Origin: a virus | Taxonomy: Duplodnaviria > Caudoviricetes | Reading direction: 5' to 3' (one strand) | DNA length: 64,000 nt | IMG/VR virus record: IMGVR_UViG_3300032007_000036 | Span: 67,443 to 131,442 of that record | Part shown: positions 57,095-64,000 of the stretch, one piece after another | How the letters are laid out: each line of letters begins with the position of its first letter | Position numbering within the stretch: the stretch's first letter is position 1 | Translations under genes and position numbers: made by a program | The notes under the pieces: model-generated | Seen by the model: the letters and a program-made list of their open reading frames with translations, nothing else | What the model was told of the DNA's origin: nothing | Database searches by the model: none

Positions 57095-57514
57095 TTAGAC
57101 CTCGAAGTCAGTCGGCACCGACGAGCAGAGCTCGAGCTCGTACTTCTCGCGCTTCGCCAGGCGGTCGGCCGAATCCTCCTTGACCTCATCGATCCAGGTG
57201 AGAAGGTCGTGCTTGACATGCTTCCAAGCCTTGAGAAGTTCCACCTTGAACTCCAGACTGGTATCACCAACCTTCTCGCACTGGTCGTTGGGACCATCAT
57301 CCTCGTCAGTGTACGTCGTGTGGATCTCGACCTTACCGCTGCAGTATTTGGAGACAGAGACAGTGAGCTCGAGATCGTTGTTGGGATAATCCCTCATGGC
57401 GATGGTGAACGTTTTGGAGTACGACCCGACGATCTTCTCTCCGAGGGAGAGCAGCTTACCATGGACGTATTCCTCGATCTCACCAGCATGTGTCGTAACC
57501 TGTGATTTGTTCAT
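57095..57514 (-). CDS. Hypothetical protein behind the conserved promoter cassette
   Basis: 139 aa, AAAGGA SD. Confidence 0.75.
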   Translation of the reverse strand: MNKSQVTTHAGEIEEYVHGKLLSLGEKIVGSYSKTFTIAMRDYPNNDLELTVSVSKYCSGKVEIHTTYTDEDDGPNDQCEKVGDTSLEFKVELLKAWKHVKHDLLTWIDEVKEDSADRLAKREKYELELCSSVPTDFEV

Positions 57515-57534
57515 TGTTTTATCCTTTCTTGTGA

Positions 57535-57587
57535 TTTGTGGCTAAAGACTACTTCTGTAATTAATACCCAACATTTCTAGACCTACA
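57535..57587 (-). promoter_or_regulatory. Dispersed promoter/leader cassette, copy 4
   Basis: TGTAG-N16-TATTAATTACAGAAGTAGTCTTTAGCCACAAA. Confidence 0.75.
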
Positions 57588-57651
57588 CAAACTGAAATAC
57601 CAACCACTGTGGAAGGACTAAGCCCTCCACAGTGGTCAGTCATGTTTCGCA

Positions 57652-57909
57652 CTACTTCTTCTGCGAGCCAAGGAGTTTTCTGAAGACAATGTCAACGTGA
57701 TCTCCAACAGTGTTGAGATTCTCCGCTTCCTCCTCGGTGATGGCGATGTTGTACTCCTCTTCTAGATACGCGATGAGCTCTACATAGTCCAACTCATCTG
57801 CCCCTAGGTTCTTGAGAGTAGAAGATTTGTCAACATCGGATGGTTTAACGCCTAGAAGGTCTGCAACAAGCATAGTTACCCTCTCGGCGATAGCATTCTC
57901 CTCTGTCAT
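57652..57909 (-). CDS. Acyl carrier protein-like protein lacking the phosphopantetheine Ser
   Basis: ERV...VA..LGV, LGADELDYVELI..LEEEY.I.I.EEEAE.L.TVGD; AGGAGG SD. Confidence 0.88.
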   Translation of the reverse strand: MTEENAIAERVTMLVADLLGVKPSDVDKSSTLKNLGADELDYVELIAYLEEEYNIAITEEEAENLNTVGDHVDIVFRKLLGSQKK

Positions 57910-57995
57910 AGCTACCTCCTATTCTGATACGTAAAATGGTTACTGGAACCTTCCATCCTATGTTCATTTTATTACCTTAAAATAAGGGATGAGTT

Positions 57996-59627
57996 ATGGC
58001 TCAACTTCAGCCTTTTAACATCACTATACTTGACGTAGACAAGATCGTCAAGGACGAGATGCTCAAGGAAGTTACCTCGGAGTTCATCCGGGAGTCGTCT
58101 TCCAACAAGTTCCATCCTGAAGGACTGTTCTCTGAGCAAATCTTCGGAGAAGTAGCTTCTCAGGCAAGGTTCTCCAGGTGTGGCTACATCAACCTTAACT
58201 GCAAGGTGTTCCACCCTGTGATCTACCAGGACCTTAAAGCCATCAAGAGGTTCTATATCGAGATCCTGTCTGGTGTGTCTTACGCAGTCTGGGATCCTGA
58301 AGCTAACGACTTCGCTCGTGCTTCTGAGGCAGAAGAGAACGCTCAAACCGGGTTCTCGTTCTTCCTTAAGTACTTCGACAAGATCGATCTCAAGAAGAAC
58401 AACTCTCTCCGCCGCAACGACAAGATCGACGTCATCACTAAGTTTTCTAAACTCAAGATGATGGATAAACTTATCGTTATTCCTGCTGGTCCTCGTGACA
58501 TCAAGGAGGAAGGTGGTAGAGATGAAAAAGGATCGATCAACTCGATCTATGCCTCGATCCTTCGTAACGCCAGGTGCATGGTCAAGGGTGCAGACATGAA
58601 CCCTCTCTACGATTCCGTCCACTACACCATCCAGAAACGAGTCATTGAAGCGTATGAGAAGATAGCGGAAATGGTTCGTGGTAAGAGAGGGTTTCTCGAA
58701 GGTAAGTATTATCATCGTCATGTAGCCCGTGGTACTCGTAACGTAGTTACTGCAACCAATCTGGACGCAGAGTCTCCAGACGATCCTCAGTATCACAAGA
58801 CCAACGAAGTCAAAGTACCTCTCTTTCAGGCTGCTAAGGGTGGGGCTAACTTCTTGGTCTACTGGTACAAGACACTGTTCTACGACCAGGTTGTTTCGAT
58901 AACATCAGAGAACGTACCTCTCATTAACCCCAAGACTTACAACCTTGAGTATGTTCCGATCGATCCTAAGGATAAGGATCGTCTAACTACAGCAGAGGGA
59001 ATAGAGCGTACGATAGACAGGTTCCGTGATCCGTTCAACCGGTTCAAACCTGTTACAATCAACTCAAACAACAAACCCTACTACATGTTCTTGGTGTATG
59101 ACAAAGATAATGTCATCAACATCATCCGTAACCTAGCTGAGTTCAAACAAGCTCTACAGGAAGCAGGTGAAACATTTGATGAAGCTTATCTTCGTCCCAT
59201 CACACATGCTGAGATGCTGTATATCTGCGCGTTCTCTGCGTTCCATGGCGGACACGGTCTTGTAACTCGGTACCCAATCACCGATGAACAGTCAATGTAC
59301 CCTGCGGAAACGCATGTTGTGACAACATCTCCTGCGAGAGTTGTAAGGTTTGCGAGATATGTCAAACCTAGTCCGGATGACGTGATACTTCCTGAGTATC
59401 CGGATCTCAATGGTAAGTTCCTGGATGCTTTGATGTTACATCCTACGAGACTGAAGAGCTTGTGTGCTGACTTTGATGGCGATACATGCTCCTGGACACC
59501 GATCTTCTCTGAAGAAGCCAATAAGGAATGCGCGGCATACTTGCGTACTCCGGGTAATCTCATATTGCCTTCAGGAGATGCTATTGCAGACATTACGAGA
59601 GATCTTCCGGATATGAAGAAAAAATAA
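57996..59627 (+). CDS. Phage multisubunit RNA polymerase beta' subunit with the catalytic motif (probably virion RNAP, phiKZ gp180-like)
   Basis: FHPEGLFSEQIFG, GK.GF.EGK...R....GTRNV, TRYPI, ADFDGD. Confidence 0.92.
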   Translation: MAQLQPFNITILDVDKIVKDEMLKEVTSEFIRESSSNKFHPEGLFSEQIFGEVASQARFSRCGYINLNCKVFHPVIYQDLKAIKRFYIEILSGVSYAVWDPEANDFARASEAEENAQTGFSFFLKYFDKIDLKKNNSLRRNDKIDVITKFSKLKMMDKLIVIPAGPRDIKEEGGRDEKGSINSIYASILRNARCMVKGADMNPLYDSVHYTIQKRVIEAYEKIAEMVRGKRGFLEGKYYHRHVARGTRNVVTATNLDAESPDDPQYHKTNEVKVPLFQAAKGGANFLVYWYKTLFYDQVVSITSENVPLINPKTYNLEYVPIDPKDKDRLTTAEGIERTIDRFRDPFNRFKPVTINSNNKPYYMFLVYDKDNVINIIRNLAEFKQALQEAGETFDEAYLRPITHAEMLYICAFSAFHGGHGLVTRYPITDEQSMYPAETHVVTTSPARVVRFARYVKPSPDDVILPEYPDLNGKFLDALMLHPTRLKSLCADFDGDTCSWTPIFSEEANKECAAYLRTPGNLILPSGDAIADITRDLPDMKKK

Positions 59628-59686
59628 ATCTGGTAATCTGCGATCCACCTGCAGGACGAGAGATCGTCCTGCAGGTGGGGAGCTTC

Positions 59687-60031
59687 CTAATCATCCGAAT
59701 GTTTGCTATCGTAGCGCTCCCACGCGGTCTTCTCACAGTAGGCTTTAACTACAGGGATGTAACCGAGCAGGTCGAACAGCTCCTCGGCAGAGTCGCTATT
59801 CAGTACATCCTCGTGACGGTTGTACTTCTTGCGCACACTGATGATCACCTCACCACTGTGTGCACGCTTGAAGCCGTACTCGATGACGTACTTGTCATCG
59901 AATCCGTCATGAGATGCAAAGAACTCGTACCGACCATCTCCGAGATGGCCAGCAACGTTGTCCCCATACTCCATGATGAGAGCGTACAGTTCGCAACCAA
60001 TCTTGTTCCTGAGCTTGTCAACAATGTTCAT
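59687..60031 (-). CDS. Hypothetical protein behind the conserved promoter cassette
   Basis: Start at MNIVDK with AAGGAG SD. Confidence 0.75.
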   Translation of the reverse strand: MNIVDKLRNKIGCELYALIMEYGDNVAGHLGDGRYEFFASHDGFDDKYVIEYGFKRAHSGEVIISVRKKYNRHEDVLNSDSAEELFDLLGYIPVVKAYCEKTAWERYDSKHSDD

Positions 60032-60052
60032 CGTTTTACTCCTTGTTAGGTG

Positions 60053-60105
60053 TTTGTGGTTGATTACTACTGCTGTAATTAATGCTTGACAGGAGATCAT
60101 CTACA
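60053..60105 (-). promoter_or_regulatory. Dispersed promoter/leader cassette, copy 5
   Basis: TGTAG-N16-CATTAATTACAGCAGTAGTAATCAACCACAAA. Confidence 0.7.
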
Positions 60106-60155
60106 TTCAACTCCTAGGACACCGGTGAAGGCATCCTAGGAGTCGGTAGTTGGAG

Positions 60156-60641
60156 TTAGATCATGCAGCCCGTCTCGCTAAGGAACTTGGCGAAGCGAGT
60201 TATAGAGCACTTAGGTTTGGCTGCTTTGAAGCAGGCTGTTATTGAGCGATAGACTCTGCCTTTGTAGCGGACTGGTTTAGGGGCGCTCTTGAGAATAACA
60301 GGGGTGTTCCTTGCACGCTCTTCAGACCAACCGAGTTTAGTCATGCGCTGGCACACCAGGTTGTCTGCACCGCCTAGTTTACGAGAGGCGGATTGAAGAC
60401 CTCTCTTCCTGTTCCTGCGATGGAGACGCCACTGGCGCATGTTCCACACAGCCATCTCTGGTGTTGTTCTCTTCAGGATATCGACAAACGTTCCGTAGTC
60501 GATAGCAGGTGCTCTGTGTGACACCCTGCGGATATCCAGTTTCTCCTGGTTGTAGAGAGCGAGCATCGAGGGATACTCCTCTCCTGAGAAGATGACTTTC
60601 TGTCCGGTCCATCCTCTACGCTGTTGTTGCTGGATTGCCAT
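60156..60641 (-). CDS. Basic putative DNA-binding protein with homing-endonuclease-associated motifs
   Basis: F.GEEY.SM, R...GWS.ERA..TPV and Y.G..Y.SI motifs; no nuclease motif seen. Confidence 0.55.
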   Translation of the reverse strand: MAIQQQQRRGWTGQKVIFSGEEYPSMLALYNQEKLDIRRVSHRAPAIDYGTFVDILKRTTPEMAVWNMRQWRLHRRNRKRGLQSASRKLGGADNLVCQRMTKLGWSEERARNTPVILKSAPKPVRYKGRVYRSITACFKAAKPKCSITRFAKFLSETGCMI

Positions 60642-60749
60642 GATTAAGTCCTTGTTGTTGAGGTATTAGTTACGATAGAATCGTAAGACTCGACAAAAAA
60701 GAATCGAACCACCGGATGGTTACACCTCCGGTGGTATGATCCGGTTTGC

Positions 60750-61349
60750 TTACGTAAGGTACTTCAGTTCCTTGAGCGCATAGAAAGCAGCTGGACCTAT
60801 GAACGGTACGCTAGCAAGATCTATCTGTGGAAGAGGCTTCCCTTCGCGAGTGTACGACTCGACGTGATAAGAGACGCGGTGCACCTTGACTGAGTTCTTT
60901 TCATCGAAGAGGAAGAGCCCATAAATGTCACGCCTGTTATCTTCATTGTCCATGATGAACATGTAGAACATATCAGGATTTGCTTCTTTGAGCATGTCTT
61001 CGACATCGGATGAAGGGATACAGTCGAATCTATGTTTCTTACCCTTGTCTATCCAGATGGTTCCATCTGTACCAAACTTGGTAGTCATAGTTCCCATTGC
61101 CATCTCACGGATGTAGTCACACATCGTGTCATGGTTGTTCTTACTGAAGTATCTCACAACGAATCTGTCCGTCAGAAGAGTTCTATTCGTGTTGCCCAAA
61201 TGAAAAGGGTCCGTTAGACAGCAGACACCTACGCGGAAAGGAGACACTTCTTCGGAGCACTCCTTGATTACGTTATCAAGTTCAGACCCTTCTTTGATCT
61301 GAAACTTGGTTGAATCCGACACGCTGTCGGCGAACTTTATGTATTGCAC
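60750..61349 (-). CDS. Hypothetical protein
   Basis: 199 aa, GTG start. Confidence 0.7.
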   Translation of the reverse strand: MQYIKFADSVSDSTKFQIKEGSELDNVIKECSEEVSPFRVGVCCLTDPFHLGNTNRTLLTDRFVVRYFSKNNHDTMCDYIREMAMGTMTTKFGTDGTIWIDKGKKHRFDCIPSSDVEDMLKEANPDMFYMFIMDNEDNRRDIYGLFLFDEKNSVKVHRVSYHVESYTREGKPLPQIDLASVPFIGPAAFYALKELKYLT

Positions 61350-61491
61350 CTTGTCATCCCCTTAGTTGGTTGAAGCCATTTTGTTTCATAGGCGGTTTAT
61401 TCCTATTGATTCGTTCATTCGACAGTAAAGAGTAATGAGGTAGGTAACGGTGGATGGGCATTACATCCACCGTTACCACCTTAACCGAAAG

Positions 61492-61926
61492 TTAATCTTC
61501 CAGTTTTTCAAGACTGAGGATGTACCTGATACTGTCGTCGTCTGTTACATACAACAACTTGTACCTTGCACCTTTCTCAATCTTGAGCAGAAGCATCCTG
61601 CGGTAGTCATCTTTGAAATGCCACCTGAACAGGTCTTCCAGAGCGTACATCCGGAGATTGCCATCATCATCCTTGACCAAGACATCGGCGTTACCGAGAT
61701 CGTTGGATCTGAGTACGAAGTTAACAACAGTTCCAGTAGCGTTCAGTTGAACGGTCTGGTACCGTGTGTTGATGGCAACTATCCAGCCTATGGCAATGAT
61801 GGCGTAGAGGATGTATATCACAGGGTTAGCGAGCAGGATGAAGAACAACCAGTGCGACACTACTGCTACAACCTCAACGAACCTTGGCCATATTTGCTCG
61901 TTTAAGTATTGTTTGAATTTGTTCAT
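61492..61926 (-). CDS. Membrane protein with N-terminal TM segments
   Basis: Hydrophobic stretch at aa ~15-52. Confidence 0.7.
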   Translation of the reverse strand: MNKFKQYLNEQIWPRFVEVVAVVSHWLFFILLANPVIYILYAIIAIGWIVAINTRYQTVQLNATGTVVNFVLRSNDLGNADVLVKDDDGNLRMYALEDLFRWHFKDDYRRMLLLKIEKGARYKLLYVTDDDSIRYILSLEKLED

Positions 61927-61927
61927 G

Positions 61928-63298
61928 TTACTTCCTTGTTATCCGATCGATCGGAACTATGACAGGAATGTCAGTGCTGTACCACCATATCACCTTGCCA
62001 AGTGAACCGAGATCCTCCTCGTACACACTGTCGACTCTTCCGTTAGGGTCGAGTTTAGGCAGCGAGTTCTTAAAGGTTTCAAGACTGATCTTTGACTGAT
62101 CGAGTGAGTAGAACCCGCATCGATACCATCCAGAATTGGTGAGGGTGTACCCCACTATTGAGGTAGCAATTTCATCGATATCTTGACCGATTAGGTCCAC
62201 TGCGCTAGGCAGTATTCTGATCAATTCAGACAAGTACGGATGATTGATCGCTAGACAGAGTTTGTTCACATTCTGGAAACGCGTCGTATAAGTCTTAGAT
62301 CCGAGACTGATCCTGTCACTCCTACAAGCACTCTGGTTAACCAGAGGAGAATTCTTGCGAGCTTCCAAGATCCATCTCATTTCAGATATGACTTCAGACA
62401 TCGGTCTAGGTTCCTTACGCTCAGGCATAGGGAACGGGTAGTCGCATGCTTGGAACCCTGCTGCACCAGGATGTCCTCCTCCACCAAGAGCTTTAGCGAT
62501 AGGAAGGACTTCCTTGATGTCATCAGGAGAGTAGACACTGCAGCGATACTTCTTGATGTCCGTCGCGTATTGAGACATGCACAGTGCATCTATGCCTGTC
62601 TTATCTGCAGAATCGAAGAATGTGCTATTGCCTCCCTTGATAGCAGCAACAAGACACCTTTGTCCTGACTGCAAAGTTGCCTTGTAAGTAAGGTCTTTGC
62701 AGAATATAGCATCTCTTGTCTTTCCGAACGTCTGGATCTGTTCGCCGAGAGCAATGACTTTATCCAGAGCAGCTTTGGCTATGTCAGGATTGTCGCTCAA
62801 CAGCTTGTCCCAGATGAAACAGGACTTGTAAGCCGGTCTCTGCTCGAACAACTGTATCCCAGAAGCAAACTCCATTGTTTTAGGGAGTTTGAATTTCCAG
62901 AGATCGTAGTCGTTAACGTGCTGAACAACCATCGGCATCTCTCTTCCTGGGAAGAGGAACTTCCATGCAAGAGCTGCTCCACAGAAACTAGCATCACGTA
63001 GACCAGGCAAGCAAATTCCCTTCTGCTCGAGCAGAAGGTAATTATCTTTGTGATGGTCTATCCAGATACAGTCTATGTTTAGATGCTTGCATTTTTGGAA
63101 CTCGTGTTCCAACAGAGAGTAGTCTGTGACGATCATCTTGCATCCAGGAATGAATGCAGCGCTCGGCAAAGTTCTCCCGTAGTTGCTGTAATAGATCTTG
63201 CACTCCGGATACCGCTTCTTGACAACAGCGGAAGACGCGTAGCCGTCAAGATCAGTGTGTGACACGCACACCACTGGTTGATCGTAGAATTCACTCAT
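61928..63298 (-). CDS. DHH/DHHA1-family phosphoesterase
   Basis: HTDLDG, VTDYS, WIDHH, DYDLW, GGGGHPGAAGF. Confidence 0.9.
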   Translation of the reverse strand: MSEFYDQPVVCVSHTDLDGYASSAVVKKRYPECKIYYSNYGRTLPSAAFIPGCKMIVTDYSLLEHEFQKCKHLNIDCIWIDHHKDNYLLLEQKGICLPGLRDASFCGAALAWKFLFPGREMPMVVQHVNDYDLWKFKLPKTMEFASGIQLFEQRPAYKSCFIWDKLLSDNPDIAKAALDKVIALGEQIQTFGKTRDAIFCKDLTYKATLQSGQRCLVAAIKGGNSTFFDSADKTGIDALCMSQYATDIKKYRCSVYSPDDIKEVLPIAKALGGGGHPGAAGFQACDYPFPMPERKEPRPMSEVISEMRWILEARKNSPLVNQSACRSDRISLGSKTYTTRFQNVNKLCLAINHPYLSELIRILPSAVDLIGQDIDEIATSIVGYTLTNSGWYRCGFYSLDQSKISLETFKNSLPKLDPNGRVDSVYEEDLGSLGKVIWWYSTDIPVIVPIDRITRK

Positions 63299-63591
63299 GC
63301 TAGGTTGCTCCCCGATGATGCAAGGATCGCAATGACCCTTGGATCGTTGGTTGTGATGCTGACGTTAAGCTGCATTGGTTCAGTACCTTGTGTGCAAGTG
63401 ACCTTGGTGTCATACTTACGCTGACCAACGAGCTTCTGGATCGTGTCACTCAGCTGAGTCTCGATGAGTTTCGCAACTTCCTGTCGATGACTGCCAAGGA
63501 ACGCGTTGTGTGTTGTCACTTCCTTAGGAGTGTCAACAACAGTAGGTGGGTAAGTCGGTGTGTCGGTTTCTTCGAACTCATTGTCGCTCAT
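63295..63591 (-). CDS. Hypothetical protein
   Basis: MSDNEF start, GGAG SD, coupled to both neighbours. Confidence 0.65.
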   Translation of the reverse strand: MSDNEFEETDTPTYPPTVVDTPKEVTTHNAFLGSHRQEVAKLIETQLSDTIQKLVGQRKYDTKVTCTQGTEPMQLNVSITTNDPRVIAILASSGSNLA

Positions 63592-63944
63592 GATGTTTCT
63601 CCGTTTTCTTCTTGTATGCACTCGAGAACGATTGACACGTCTCGATGCAGTGTTCTGAAATCCTTTTCGACGGAAGCTAGTCCGTCGTTGAAAGCTTTAA
63701 TCCTTTCATCTAGAGTCTTCATGACTTCCAGATCAGACTGATGTTTCATGTCAGTTACAAGCATGTCCTCTTCTCTACGAAGAGCAGCTACTCGTCTAAC
63801 AAGATCATCTAGTCTTGTTATAAGTCCCTTGACTGCCTTGGCAAACTTGGATTTGCTGTTGGCTGCTTTAACAAGGGAGTTGCGGATGTTCTCAGATGAC
63901 GAGTAGATCACGTCATACGGAAAGCCGCTTACGCTATTCGACAT
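63588..63944 (-). CDS. Coiled-coil hypothetical protein
   Basis: 118 aa, AAAGGA SD. Confidence 0.7.
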   Translation of the reverse strand: MSNSVSGFPYDVIYSSSENIRNSLVKAANSKSKFAKAVKGLITRLDDLVRRVAALRREEDMLVTDMKHQSDLEVMKTLDERIKAFNDGLASVEKDFRTLHRDVSIVLECIQEENGETS

Positions 63945-64000
63945 GTGTCGTGTCCTTTCTCATCATAATGCAATAGATGAAATGTAAAATAACAAGCTAG

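Noticed and set aside
41870-60105. Dispersed repeats as a CRISPR array or attC-type integron
   Set aside because: Copies are kilobases apart, non-palindromic, abut SD sequences, and no cas or integrase gene is in the window
60750-61349. MQYIKF as another K-F leader
   Set aside because: Different spacing, no late motif and no cleavage-like site; probably coincidental
1-64000. Stop-codon reassignment
   Set aside because: Conserved genes are full length under the standard code, and TAA, TGA and TAG all end genes at plausible boundaries

Overview
This is a 64-kb segment of a phiKZ-like (Chimalliviridae-type) jumbo bacteriophage genome, not bacterial chromosome. Diagnostic genes recognised from motifs: a split family-B DNA polymerase catalytic subunit (SDTDS), a multisubunit RNA polymerase beta' subunit (ADFDGD), RNase HI, a divergent GroEL-like chaperonin, a phiKZ gp86-gp90-like structural block, at least 7 inner-head paralogues with S/A/G-x-E cleavage motifs, dNMP kinase, NUDIX, DHH and HAD enzymes, a papain-like peptidase and a tail-fibre/adhesin region. 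The standard genetic code is used. I saw no tRNA, rRNA or CRISPR array. Most notable unexplained signals: (1) a ~270-nt rod-shaped structured ncRNA candidate with a central bubble upstream of RNase H; (2) a -1 frameshift heptamer joining 7996-9705 to 9780-10169; (3) a shared N-terminal M-x(0-2)-K-F leader on head paralogues and on unrelated toxin-like enzymes, suggesting a capsid-loading system for injected effectors; (4) an acyl-carrier protein with the phosphopantetheine Ser replaced by Glu; (5) a dispersed ~50-bp bipartite promoter/leader cassette and an ATTTTATG late-promoter motif. Family assignments are from motif recognition and memory, not from database searches.
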